Virus record (IMG/VR): IMGVR_UViG_3300045918_000146
Coordinates: 15,030-79,029 of that record
DNA length: 64,000 nucleotides
Direction: 5' to 3' (one strand)
Source: a virus
The notes under the pieces were generated by a model, which worked only from the letters and a program-made list of their open reading frames with translations, was not told the DNA's origin and ran no database searches. Made by a program: the position numbers and the translations under genes. Position 1 is the stretch's first letter; the number at the start of each line of letters is the position of its first letter. This document shows, one piece after another, positions 1 through 9,915 of this stretch.

Positions 1-1
1 T

Positions 2-367
2 TTAGAAATTTTAAGTCAATATAAAGATACTATAATTTCTGTACATCGTCCTGTATCTGACCATGTTAAATTAAAATTAGAGAATAATGTTATCTTCATA
101 AAATATCCTAAGTTTAACTTTAGAGTTCATGTTAAAAGTGAATCATATTCGTTAACCACTAGAAAACAAATTTTAAATTACATAAGTAATTTCCCAGATA
201 GTATATCTGTATCTGGAAAAATAGAAAAGCAACTTAATTCAACGAAAGAGAAAGAATATATACGTGGTTACTATTATACTAACGATACAGAAAATTTAAT
301 TTTTCTTAGGTTAATATCTCATCAATTTGTAGGGAAAATATTTCGCCTGGAGTCGAGCAACGAATAA
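2..367 (+). CDS. Hypothetical protein, 5'-truncated by window edge
   Basis: Frame open from base 2 (LEILSQYKDT...) to TAA at 365-367; not in ORF track because it lacks a start. Confidence 0.7.
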   Translation, partial: LEILSQYKDTIISVHRPVSDHVKLKLENNVIFIKYPKFNFRVHVKSESYSLTTRKQILNYISNFPDSISVSGKIEKQLNSTKEKEYIRGYYYTNDTENLIFLRLISHQFVGKIFRLESSNE

Positions 368-370
368 ATA
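364..370 (+). promoter_or_regulatory. Putative T4-type late promoter (ATAAATA); similar motifs at 3954-3960, 5439-5445, 13609-13615, 41372-41378 and on the minus strand at 15101-15107 and 53365-53370
   Basis: TAAATA core of the T4 TATAAATA late promoter recurs shortly upstream of virion-type genes; chance hits are common in AT-rich DNA. Confidence 0.5.
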
Positions 371-395
371 TATACATATATTTAAGGATACGTAT

Positions 396-569
396 ATGGC
401 ACAAATAATTGAAGAAAATATTATTATTAAAATTAGTCAGATTGCTAAAGATGGTATAAAAGCACAAACGGTTGTTAGTGACGAGTTACTATCTACACTT
501 GAATCTGTAACGCAAGAATTACTAGGAAATAGTGCAGTGGTTGAAGTTGAACAGGTACCGTTGCAATAA
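396..569 (+). CDS. Small hypothetical protein (57 aa, MAQIIEENIIIKIS...)
   Basis: AAGGA RBS, ATG at 396, TAA overlapping next ATG. Confidence 0.7.
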   Translation: MAQIIEENIIIKISQIAKDGIKAQTVVSDELLSTLESVTQELLGNSAVVEVEQVPLQ

Positions 570-949
570 TGGCTAATATTGCTCTAACACTAATACCAAG
601 TTTAACTCCTGTATCGACAATATCTACCGGACAAACTATTACTTTTCCATATTATGGGGATAAAGTTAAGGGATCTGGTTATTATGGTCAAACAGACCCG
701 GTTCATACTGTACAATATTCGTCTAGTAACAATTTTACCGGGATGATTAATATTCAAGGTACATTGGAAAGAGAGCCAACAGATGCAGATTGGTATAATA
801 TTCAAGGTACATCATTAGGCAATGGTATTACGCCGGTATTTAACCAAACATTATCTGCAAATTTTTATGGTAACCATGTATGGGTTAGAGCAGTAATTAA
901 TTCGTTTATCTCTGGTGCTATAAATTCAGTACTACTCACACACAATTAA
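569..949 (+). CDS. Hypothetical, probably virion structural protein
   Basis: Beta-rich T/S/G/N composition, late-type operon. Confidence 0.5.
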   Translation: MANIALTLIPSLTPVSTISTGQTITFPYYGDKVKGSGYYGQTDPVHTVQYSSSNNFTGMINIQGTLEREPTDADWYNIQGTSLGNGITPVFNQTLSANFYGNHVWVRAVINSFISGAINSVLLTHN

Positions 950-967
950 TTTACAAAAGAGGGAACT

Positions 968-1861
968 ATGTCAACAAAAAAGAAGTCAAAAGGAAACAAC
1001 GCGGCAGCAACACAAAATACAGCACCAATAGTATTACCTAAATCTGATTACCGGTTAAGTGGGGAATCGAAGACGCATACTGACGTAGTAGGCGAAATTA
1101 GAAAAATCCAAGCAGAACAAGCGGTAGCAAGTGCTAATGCTGCTCCGGGAGTACCATTTGATTTTTCAAAAGTTCATCTTCATCTTGGAATGCCGTGTTA
1201 TGGCGGGTTAGTACTCGAATCTACTATGACTTCGTTCATTAAATTTATACTAATGGCAAATAAGATTGGACTCTCCTGGTCATTTGATACTATGGTAAAT
1301 GAGAGTCTTATTACACGTGGTCGTAATAACTTAATGGCAAAGATGATATATAATAAAGCTGCTACGCACTTTATGTTCATTGATGCAGATATAAAATTCG
1401 ATCCGGAATCAATATTTCATATGATTGCCGCAGATAAGGATATCATAGCCGGAGCTTATCCTAAAAAGTCATTGCCGATCCAAGTGAACCTAAACTTAAA
1501 GCAACAAACAAAAATTCAAGGTCCACTATTTACAGTAGATACAGCAGCCACAGGGTTCCTACTTTTCAAACGTAAAGTATACGAAGACCTAATCGCTGCA
1601 CATCCAAATACAAAATATGTAGACGACATTGGTCTCGGCAAACAATACGAACCTTTTATGTATGCAATTTTCGATTGTTATATCGACGAGAAAGGTCATT
1701 ATTTGTCGGAGGATTGGGCTTTCTGTCGTAGAGCAGATAAGTTAGGCTATGACATTTGGATGGATAGTCGAGTTAAACTTGATCATGTAGGAACCTATAC
1801 ATTCTGTGGTGATCTAGATTTAATAGGAAGTCAATTAGGAGGAGCAATACCTAAAGTTTAA
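968..1861 (+). CDS. GT-A fold glycosyltransferase-like protein
   Basis: MPCYGG, ESLITRGRN, FMFIDADI (DxD), YLSEDWAFC, HVG motifs. Confidence 0.7.
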   Translation: MSTKKKSKGNNAAATQNTAPIVLPKSDYRLSGESKTHTDVVGEIRKIQAEQAVASANAAPGVPFDFSKVHLHLGMPCYGGLVLESTMTSFIKFILMANKIGLSWSFDTMVNESLITRGRNNLMAKMIYNKAATHFMFIDADIKFDPESIFHMIAADKDIIAGAYPKKSLPIQVNLNLKQQTKIQGPLFTVDTAATGFLLFKRKVYEDLIAAHPNTKYVDDIGLGKQYEPFMYAIFDCYIDEKGHYLSEDWAFCRRADKLGYDIWMDSRVKLDHVGTYTFCGDLDLIGSQLGGAIPKV

Positions 1862-1874
1862 AGAGTAATTAGTT

Positions 1875-1901
1875 AAATGCGGGTTTGAAATCCCGCATTT
1901 T
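1875..1901 (+). terminator. Intrinsic terminator (possibly bidirectional)
   Basis: AAATGCGGG-loop-CCCGCATTTT just after the ORF stop. Confidence 0.7.
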
Positions 1902-1943
1902 CACGTCGAGAAGAAATATAATGTTAAAGAATGAAAATAAGAC

Positions 1944-1972
1944 TTGACTTTTGCTAGCAACTAATGTATTAT
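1944..1972 (+). promoter_or_regulatory. sigma70-type early promoter
   Basis: TTGACT-17 nt-TATTAT with extended TG. Confidence 0.65.
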
Positions 1973-2027
1973 AACTATATTAATTACGTTTGGGTTTAAA
2001 GATGTCACAACAGTATTTTCAGAATAA

Positions 2028-2810
2028 ATGAGCCTACAATACTTACATAAACCAGCTTATAGTAATTGGTTAATGCTAGACCCTAATGGTATAGAAATGT
2101 GCCGTTGTGCAGATAAACGAGCAAAATGGTACTTGGATCGAAATCTTGCAGATATAGTAAATGAAGATCCCCCAACCTTTAAACTTAAATTTGCACCAAA
2201 TGGAAATGGGAATAAAGACGATGCTTATAGTTTGGCTCAAAAGTTTAATAGATGTGCAGTCTGTGGTACAGAGGACGAATTAACTAAGCATCATATCGTT
2301 CCGTATATGTATAGGAAGTGGTTTCCTACTAAATTAAAAGGACGATCAGCACATGATGTAGTCGTTATATGTGTAACATGTCATGAGAATTACGAAACTA
2401 GTGCAATGATATTAAAGAAGCAGATTAGTTTAGAAATCACAAATAACACACAATTAACTACTAAATTAACAGCTATACAATCACATAATAAGCGTATAGC
2501 ACGTTTATGCTCTGCACTGTTAAAAGATAGCGGTTCTATTCCAAACAGTAGAAAAGATGAAATTATTTCAAATATAACAGAACATTTAGGTTATAAGCCA
2601 TCTATAACAGATCTTAATAATCTTATAGAAATAAGTAAAGCTCATACTAAATGTAATCAAGATCCAGGTAAAGAGATTGTTGAATGTGTGATAAAAGATA
2701 ATAATCTTGACTGTTTCATACGAAGATGGAGACAGCATTTTATTGACATTGCATGTCCAATGTTCATGCCGGAACATTGGAGTATAGAAAGGAGAAGTAA
2801 AATTGAGTAA
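2028..2810 (+). CDS. HNH-like nuclease resembling the C-terminal domain of eukaryotic EXD2
   Basis: KRAKWYLDRNLA, CAVCG...HHIVP, HDVVVICVTCH, RWRQHFID, PEHWS. Confidence 0.7.
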   Translation: MSLQYLHKPAYSNWLMLDPNGIEMCRCADKRAKWYLDRNLADIVNEDPPTFKLKFAPNGNGNKDDAYSLAQKFNRCAVCGTEDELTKHHIVPYMYRKWFPTKLKGRSAHDVVVICVTCHENYETSAMILKKQISLEITNNTQLTTKLTAIQSHNKRIARLCSALLKDSGSIPNSRKDEIISNITEHLGYKPSITDLNNLIEISKAHTKCNQDPGKEIVECVIKDNNLDCFIRRWRQHFIDIACPMFMPEHWSIERRSKIE

Positions 2811-3279
2811 ATATGTATTGTTTTGGGGTGGTAATTTCAGCAATTGGGCAAAGAGCGAGTTCACCTATAAAGGTATAAAGTTCTATACAGCAGAAGGTGC
2901 ATTTATGTGGGAGAAATCTGTCTGTTTTGGCGATGTTGAAAACGCAAATGCAATATTAAAGATAAAGCAACCAGATGTTCAAAAACAACTAGGTAGATGT
3001 ATATCTGGCTATAACGAAGAAGTTTGGGCAAATGTTAGGTATAGAGTAATGTTAGACGTATGCCGGGAGAAATTTACACAGAATAGAAAATTACTAACTG
3101 AATTACTTAATACAGGAAGTAAAATTATCGTTGAAGCGAGTCCATATGATACAATCTGGGGAATAGGACTTGGTGTAGAAGATCCGCGTGCATTAGACGA
3201 AACACAATGGCTGGGTCAAAACCTATTAGGTAAGGTTTTAATGGAACTAAGATCTGAATTTGTTACTAGCTTAGAGTGA
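2803..3279 (+). CDS. NADAR (YbiA-like) family hydrolase
   Basis: FSNW, VEASPYDTIWGIG, GQNLLGKVLMELR. Confidence 0.9.
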   Translation: MSKYVLFWGGNFSNWAKSEFTYKGIKFYTAEGAFMWEKSVCFGDVENANAILKIKQPDVQKQLGRCISGYNEEVWANVRYRVMLDVCREKFTQNRKLLTELLNTGSKIIVEASPYDTIWGIGLGVEDPRALDETQWLGQNLLGKVLMELRSEFVTSLE

Positions 3280-3298
3280 TTAATATTTAGGATCAACA

Positions 3299-3511
3299 AT
3301 GAAAAAAATTAATGAATTAAACCTTAAAAAAAGTAATGAAGTCAATTTAACTGATTGCTCTAAAGGGCAAATCATTGATTGGTATCATACTCATACATCA
3401 GGGTCACATATACCTAATGAGATATTGGCTCCAAGCCATGCTGCTTTTAAAGAATGGTTCAATGATGTGCATACTCTCGCGACAGAAATTTTAGAGTCTG
3501 TTAAACAATGA
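3299..3511 (+). CDS. Hypothetical protein
   Basis: ORF with RBS, overlaps next start. Confidence 0.5.
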   Translation: MKKINELNLKKSNEVNLTDCSKGQIIDWYHTHTSGSHIPNEILAPSHAAFKEWFNDVHTLATEILESVKQ

Positions 3512-3852
3512 GAATTTCCGATATAACGAATGAAAAATCTATAGACGAGGTTAATAACGATCTTAATAACGATCTTAATATCTTAATTAAAGACTTAACA
3601 GATATTAAACAGCATATACCAGAACTTATTAAAGTACATGGCTACGAAGAAGCAAGAGAAATGATTCTATTATTAACCAATAAAGTACCTGATCCAATAA
3701 CTCATTATTATGTATTTTGGTACAAAACAACAGCGAAATTATTAAATAAGTATAGAAACCTTAAAGATCAAATAGAAAATAAGATTAATTCTGGCGTCAA
3801 TGAAGGAATAAACCTCGCACAAGTCAAATATGACGCTCTACAGTGTATTTGA
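3508..3852 (+). CDS. Hypothetical protein with capsid-targeting-like N-terminus; probable paralog of 49399..49692
   Basis: MRISDITNE start; shared KxHGY and KIxSGV motifs. Confidence 0.55.
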   Translation: MRISDITNEKSIDEVNNDLNNDLNILIKDLTDIKQHIPELIKVHGYEEAREMILLLTNKVPDPITHYYVFWYKTTAKLLNKYRNLKDQIENKINSGVNEGINLAQVKYDALQCI

Positions 3853-3876
3853 TGTACAGTTAATCTCTACATATTA

Positions 3877-3913
3877 GTGAACTACTACGGCCCTAAAGGG
3901 TACTGCGGGCTTG
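3877..3913 (-). mobile_element. Remnant IS200/IS605-type element end
   Basis: Minus strand reads CAAGCCCGCAGTACCCTTTAGGGCCGTAGTAGTTCAC, the hairpin-then-TCAC pattern of tnpB-element right ends; no transposase nearby. Confidence 0.45.
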
Positions 3914-3918
3914 CCGCC

Positions 3919-3959
3919 TAAATGACTAAATTCGCATAAATGACTAAATTCGCATAAAT
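3919..3959 (+). repeat. 18-bp tandem duplication TAAATGACTAAATTCGCA x2 plus partial copy
   Basis: Read directly from sequence. Confidence 0.9.
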
Positions 3960-3981
3960 AACTAATATGTAGGGGTTATAT

Positions 3982-5430
3982 ATGCGAATTAAGGAAATAT
4001 ACGAAGCTGTTAGTAAGAAAATATTAGTTATCTACCCTGGGAGATTCCAACCGTTTCATAAAGGACACTATGCGGTATATCAACATCTGTGTGAGAAATA
4101 CGGAGAGGGTAACGTAGTTGTAGTAACATCAAATAAAGTAGATCCACCTAGATCACCGTTTGATTTTGGTGAGAAAATGACTATGATGACACTAACTGGT
4201 GTAAATTCAAATGCTATAGTACAAGATGCACAACCATACCAGGCTAAAGAATTAGTTGCTAAATACGATCCAGATTCTACGATTTTAATATTTGCTGTAT
4301 CAGAAAAAGATATGGCCGAAGATCCTAGATTTCAATTTAAACCAAAAAAAGATGGCTCTCCTAGTTATTTCCAACGTTTACCTGACCAACTTAACAAAGC
4401 CAAGCCACTAAAATATCACGGGTACATTGCTACGGTCCCAACATTTAATTTCGAAGTATTGGGTCAACCTGCTAATAGTGCAACACAAATACGTGCCCAA
4501 TTTGCTAATGCAGATGAAGCTACACAAAAAGCAATAGTAACTGACTTATTTGGAAAATTTAGTACTAGTGTATTAAATATAATGCAACGTAAATTAATTA
4601 TTCAAATTGAATCTATTTACACAGACTTAGTCACAATGCCCGCTTCGGATCTGCAACAAATTAACAAAACATTAACAGAAATAAATAATGTCGCATTGAC
4701 AGGTAATAATAAAAAACCATATGAATTACTAAAACAGTTAAACACGTATATTAATATCATACCTAATCAAAGATCTGACCAGTTAACTGAATCAATACTA
4801 ACTATATTTAATAGAGCTATTAAATGTGCAGCACAACTACAGGTTGAGAATTTTGAAAAAGCAGTATTGCTAAGTGATAATAGTCAAGTATTTCATCCAA
4901 CTAATGCACAAAAAGCTCATCATACAGTTAAAGAAGCAATAGACGCAGAAACTAATGATAAACGTCAATTATTATATCGTACTAATACAGTTATATCAGG
5001 ATTCCCTAAAGGTACTAAAGTTAGGCGTGTATCAGGATCAAATCGTATGTATGAAGTAATGCAAGATGGTAAAGTTATAAAGGTTATTCCATTAAGTTTA
5101 ACTCAGATAACTCCTATATTAATAAGCGGAAATTTAATTGATGGAGAAGTGAAAAACACAAATATCACGTTACCTATAAACAGTGTTCGTGAATCCACTA
5201 CATCCAGTAAAGTATATTACTTCATTAATGTAGATAACTTATTAACAAAGGATCCAAACTTATCATCGGCGCATCTTAAAGCAAAAGGACTAAGATGTAC
5301 ACAAACTGGGGAATGGTTTTTACCTACAGATACCGAAAACGAAAATAAAACCCTGTTTTTAAGTCAGTTAAAGCACATAGAAAATATATGTCAAACAAAA
5401 GCAAAAAGATGGCATCCAAAAGCTAAATAA
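3982..5430 (+). CDS. HIGH-family cytidylyl/nucleotidyltransferase domain protein with long C-terminal extension
   Basis: YPGRFQPFHKGH, SPFDFGEK, SATQIR; N-terminus MRIKEIYE. Confidence 0.8.
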   Translation: MRIKEIYEAVSKKILVIYPGRFQPFHKGHYAVYQHLCEKYGEGNVVVVTSNKVDPPRSPFDFGEKMTMMTLTGVNSNAIVQDAQPYQAKELVAKYDPDSTILIFAVSEKDMAEDPRFQFKPKKDGSPSYFQRLPDQLNKAKPLKYHGYIATVPTFNFEVLGQPANSATQIRAQFANADEATQKAIVTDLFGKFSTSVLNIMQRKLIIQIESIYTDLVTMPASDLQQINKTLTEINNVALTGNNKKPYELLKQLNTYINIIPNQRSDQLTESILTIFNRAIKCAAQLQVENFEKAVLLSDNSQVFHPTNAQKAHHTVKEAIDAETNDKRQLLYRTNTVISGFPKGTKVRRVSGSNRMYEVMQDGKVIKVIPLSLTQITPILISGNLIDGEVKNTNITLPINSVRESTTSSKVYYFINVDNLLTKDPNLSSAHLKAKGLRCTQTGEWFLPTDTENENKTLFLSQLKHIENICQTKAKRWHPKAK

Positions 5431-5475
5431 GATTAAGACTAAATACATATACATTATTAAGGATCTAATAGAATT

Positions 5476-8400
5476 ATGAAGTTTACAGATATAATACCCG
5501 AAACACAACAACTAGATGAATTAACCGATGCACAAAAGTATCGTATAGCCCAACTTAATGATGTGGGACAGAGAATGATAGACGTAAATACCACATTTAA
5601 TGATGCTAAGAAATTTAACGACAAGGATACGCTATTAGCCGCTAAAAGTAAGTTGGCACAGCTTGCAAAATTAAAAGCTAGCATAGAATCACAACCAGTT
5701 GACGAAGATATAGAAGAAGTAGTAACATTGGATATATATGATCAAAAGATTGATTCTTTAGAAACAGCAATAGTTAAAATGAAAAACCAATTAGCAAATC
5801 TACAATCTCCGGTGACCGAAGGAATTAACATGACAAGCAAGCAACTATCAGAAGAACTTACACGTATTAAGTTAACAATGCTGGATTGTAATAAGATAAT
5901 TATGCAAGCTAAAAAGGATCTAGATGAGAGTTTAGAATTAGAGGCTCGCGAAAAATTAGAAGAATTAACACATGTAAAAAATCAACTAGAAGCAAGTATT
6001 ACTAATGAATCTGTGGGGCTTACTGGTCCGGTTGATCGTAAGGCCGGCGCAAAGGCATTTGAGAAGCTAATTAAAAAATTCCCTAGTTTAGCTCCTATAT
6101 ATAAAAAACAAGCCGCTAATTTAGGTATACAATTAAAAACACCACGTGTCACAGAAGTTAATGCAAAGGCAGCAAAGAAAGCAGTTTTGGAATATATCAC
6201 ACGATATCCTAAATTGCGAGAAAAGGTTTTAGCTGAAGAAGGTGGACGTTGGGCATATAATCAGTTTGGGGAACCAAAAGAAGTTCCTGTACATGCAGAA
6301 GTTGCTCGTATAGCTGCAAATAAAAACAAGTATAATAACAACGTATTTAACACCGGTGACGAAGATACAAACGTATTCTCTCCTAATAGAGAAGAATCGG
6401 AAATTGACGAAAACACCGATATTATTAATCAATATTCAACATTTGCTGCATGGAATTTAGCTGTAAAGCATAAAGGATTACGTATTGAAGTACATGCAAA
6501 TTCATATGGTCCAGACGAGTCAGATCCATATAAAACAGCTTATGCTGTAAATAAAGCTGACGATGTACTTGGATGCTGCACTGTTCACGAAAACGGCGAA
6601 ACAGAAGCAGTACTATTTGAGTCGCCGAGCGAATTCGAATCATGGATGCATCAAAATGATAACCAGGTTGACGAAGGATCAGACGAAGATGTAATGTCAT
6701 CAGCTAACTTAGTGTCTGGTCCAGGTGCTCGTGCAGATGAGCCAAAATCACGCGATGATCAAATGATGGACCAACATTTTAAACATTCGTATCCTGGTAA
6801 ATGGAATAAAGAAAACAGTGTAGATCAAGAGACCAAAATTACAGAAGGCGAAAATACCAGAGCACAACTCGATGTTACTCGACTTGATCGACGCGAATTA
6901 GCTCGATTACAAGACGAGTTAGAAAATGTCGGATTAGTAATAGGAAAAGATTTCTTTATTAAATCGGGTGGCCCAGCTTGGATTACTTATGCTGCATATG
7001 ATAGAGAACCATTAGAAATTCTAATGGACTATGGGGTTGGAGAGGAAGAATTAAACGAAGCACCCCGAGACCACGCAGTGTCATTTAACGATGATCCTTT
7101 AAAAACTGATATTAAATGGTCTATTGATCACGCAAAGTCTAAATTATCATCGAGCATAACTTACGAAGATGTTAAAACAGCATGGTTACGTGTATTCCCT
7201 AATAGTTCTGTTCAAGTTAACAAAGCTGCTTTAAGTAAAGATGCTTATACTTTTAAATTCCGTTTAGCTAAAGATAAAACAGAAGTTTCTAGTCAAATTA
7301 TGGATAATGATCCATTAAATTATACTGGAATATTAGAAAATAATACATTTAAAGAATGGTCTGGTTCAATGCTGGTCAAGCCTCCAGTAGGATCCTATTT
7401 AGCGTTTGGTAGTGCTAAGTTTATGAAGAAAACTATTAAGGATGTAACAGTAGAAAAATTACTAAAACGTTTCGAACAAGTGAAAAAATTTGTATCTGAT
7501 CATGCCGATGAATTACATAATATAAAGTTTGACATTAACGATAAATTAGATAGTATAAACGAGAGTAAAATAGATAATCCGTGGATAGGAATAGGATTTG
7601 ACATAAGATCAACTAAGTTATGGCCAGCGGAAATATTCGAATCTAAACATCCAGACTTTGCTCGGTGGATTTCAGCTTATAGAAAAAATTTAACAATGCC
7701 AACGGCAGGAAAAAAATGTATTCTTGCAATAGCAATTTGTGATACTTCTGATATCACAGTATTACATGGCGTTGCAGAATATGTAGGAGAAACTAATACA
7801 GATTATATATTAATAAATAGCACTGGAGAACACGAGTACTCTAAAAAGGATCAACTAGTATTTAACTCAAAGAAGGCGTTTGAACATTTTACAACAATGA
7901 TTGCTCTAAAATTTGGAGAAAGTACATTAGCTGTTAAACAACAACCTGTAATGGAAGCCTATGGTAAACCAAACAAAGAAGCCGCAAAAGCAAAGTGGAT
8001 GACAGAATTTGAGAAGAGTGTAACACGCCTTAATTCAAAATTATCAGGTAAGATAGAATGGGATTCTGCAACTTATTTCTTTAACAGTGGTAAAAATCCA
8101 ACTGATGCTGCCGAGCAATATGTAAACAGTAGATTAGATGAATCTATACCAGAAGAAGATTTTCTTGGCCCAGATATGACAGTCGACAACGACCCGGTAA
8201 CTTCTTATCCTAGAAAAACCGTCGAGAATTACAGTGATGAGGAATTAGCGATAGAATGGGATAAACCAAGTTTTCCTAAAAAGTCCGGAGAGCGTAACAC
8301 ATATCGTAACATAGACGACGATGGCGACGATTATACTGAGTGGTCAATGCGTCAGGGAGAAATGGGGCGTATAGGCGTTATTGATGAATATACTGCACAG

Positions 8401-9105
8401 CCTGGCGTATTGAATCCTTCAAGTAAGAAATTAGATGCTATGTTTGCACAACAAGATAAAGATTATAATGAACGTAAAGGTCATAATATGATTCCTAATT
8501 TTAAAAAGGATAATAAGAATTTATCTGACGAAGAGGAAATTTTTTATGAAAATGCAACAAGCGGCGCATGTTCTTCTGGATCAGTTGCTACTGTAGTAGC
8601 TCCATTAGGCGCCACACAACGTAGAACTAAAAAATCTAAGAGCACGTATGCAAATTCAGATTCGAACTATAAATCTAGTGCTATTGGACAAGGTATATAC
8701 GAAAGTAGTGTCGCAGAGGAAGAGACTAATTGCGTAATGATGGATATCGCAGCAGCATGTAGTAGAGCTTACCCAGATATTGAACCAGATACATATTTAA
8801 TTCAGTACACTAATAATAACAGCGAATTAAATATAAGGTTGCTTGATAAAGCATGTCGTATTAACCATAATGTGGACTATCATACATACGTGAATATGTT
8901 TTGGCAAGAACAAACAGCTTCGACTGCATTAGATGAGGGTATTGAAAAATCAGATTACGATAAATATATGGATCATTATAATTACAGTCACGAAACTAAA
9001 TCAAAGAAAAAACCACAGCAAAAGAAGCCATGGGATCAAAAGCAAAAAAGTGAAACAGCATCTGATATTATAGCAAGACGTAATCTAGAAAAGAAATTAA
9101 AGTAG
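5476..9105 (+). CDS. Large mosaic acidic protein, putative head-packaged protease-processed polyprotein
   Basis: MKFTDIIPE start; many [ILV]xE motifs separating unrelated segments. Confidence 0.6.
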   Translation: MKFTDIIPETQQLDELTDAQKYRIAQLNDVGQRMIDVNTTFNDAKKFNDKDTLLAAKSKLAQLAKLKASIESQPVDEDIEEVVTLDIYDQKIDSLETAIVKMKNQLANLQSPVTEGINMTSKQLSEELTRIKLTMLDCNKIIMQAKKDLDESLELEAREKLEELTHVKNQLEASITNESVGLTGPVDRKAGAKAFEKLIKKFPSLAPIYKKQAANLGIQLKTPRVTEVNAKAAKKAVLEYITRYPKLREKVLAEEGGRWAYNQFGEPKEVPVHAEVARIAANKNKYNNNVFNTGDEDTNVFSPNREESEIDENTDIINQYSTFAAWNLAVKHKGLRIEVHANSYGPDESDPYKTAYAVNKADDVLGCCTVHENGETEAVLFESPSEFESWMHQNDNQVDEGSDEDVMSSANLVSGPGARADEPKSRDDQMMDQHFKHSYPGKWNKENSVDQETKITEGENTRAQLDVTRLDRRELARLQDELENVGLVIGKDFFIKSGGPAWITYAAYDREPLEILMDYGVGEEELNEAPRDHAVSFNDDPLKTDIKWSIDHAKSKLSSSITYEDVKTAWLRVFPNSSVQVNKAALSKDAYTFKFRLAKDKTEVSSQIMDNDPLNYTGILENNTFKEWSGSMLVKPPVGSYLAFGSAKFMKKTIKDVTVEKLLKRFEQVKKFVSDHADELHNIKFDINDKLDSINESKIDNPWIGIGFDIRSTKLWPAEIFESKHPDFARWISAYRKNLTMPTAGKKCILAIAICDTSDITVLHGVAEYVGETNTDYILINSTGEHEYSKKDQLVFNSKKAFEHFTTMIALKFGESTLAVKQQPVMEAYGKPNKEAAKAKWMTEFEKSVTRLNSKLSGKIEWDSATYFFNSGKNPTDAAEQYVNSRLDESIPEEDFLGPDMTVDNDPVTSYPRKTVENYSDEELAIEWDKPSFPKKSGERNTYRNIDDDGDDYTEWSMRQGEMGRIGVIDEYTAQPGVLNPSSKKLDAMFAQQDKDYNERKGHNMIPNFKKDNKNLSDEEEIFYENATSGACSSGSVATVVAPLGATQRRTKKSKSTYANSDSNYKSSAIGQGIYESSVAEEETNCVMMDIAAACSRAYPDIEPDTYLIQYTNNNSELNIRLLDKACRINHNVDYHTYVNMFWQEQTASTALDEGIEKSDYDKYMDHYNYSHETKSKKKPQQKKPWDQKQKSETASDIIARRNLEKKLK

Positions 9106-9106
9106 A

Positions 9107-9580
9107 ATGAGATTCTATGAATTTGTAAGTGATATGCCTATATATGATTCTGAATTAGAACATCTTAAAGAATGGTCAGTAGAACATAACAGAAACTTTA
9201 CTGAATCAGTAGATGACGAAAAAGTTACAGAGATAAAGGACTTCTTTAAAAGATACATAATAGACCCAAGTAGTTTAACTATAGGTGAAAAATATTTTCC
9301 AATTGAACTTGTTACTAGGCCATTCGCTAATTTAATTGAGATGACAATATCAAATCATCCACTTACATACTTAGGAGATCACGATGAGAAATTTATCTTT
9401 AAAGGGGAAAAATTACAAATTAAAGTGCCAATCTATAAAGATTTAGTAAGTGATTTTGGACCCTTTTTAATGTTAACTACAATATATACCACCATTGCAG
9501 AATGCGAGCATTTTAACATGATATTCTTAATGCAGTTTAAAGGTAGATGGAAAATACAACAGAAGGAGTTTTTGGTATGA
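9107..9580 (+). CDS. Hypothetical protein with capsid-targeting-like N-terminus
   Basis: MRFYEFVSD; C-terminal half resembles a segment of 5476..9105. Confidence 0.55.
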   Translation: MRFYEFVSDMPIYDSELEHLKEWSVEHNRNFTESVDDEKVTEIKDFFKRYIIDPSSLTIGEKYFPIELVTRPFANLIEMTISNHPLTYLGDHDEKFIFKGEKLQIKVPIYKDLVSDFGPFLMLTTIYTTIAECEHFNMIFLMQFKGRWKIQQKEFLV

Positions 9581-9915
9581 GATCACATGAATTTATTTTT
9601 GAAGATGAAAACGACGAGAACCCGTATGCACGAGTAAACGACGGTCAACCACATTATAAGTTTAATGCTGTTCCGAAGGAAAAGCCGTCAAAACTACAAG
9701 ATTTATGCAGACTAAATAATGTAGCAGTTAGAGATATCGTATATAATCCTGATAAAGAAATGTGCCAAATAATGCAGATTGGCGAAAAAGGGTTTAAAGT
9801 ATTTAATTACGAAATACCTGAAGATAAAGTCGAATGGTACGAATTAAAGATGCTAACTAAGCAAGATAAATACGGAAAACTAGTTCCACTAATAGAGAAA
9901 ACAAATGACAAATAA
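9577..9915 (+). CDS. Hypothetical protein with capsid-targeting-like N-terminus
   Basis: Start moved to MRSHEFIFE after AAGGAG RBS. Confidence 0.55.
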   Translation: MRSHEFIFEDENDENPYARVNDGQPHYKFNAVPKEKPSKLQDLCRLNNVAVRDIVYNPDKEMCQIMQIGEKGFKVFNYEIPEDKVEWYELKMLTKQDKYGKLVPLIEKTNDK

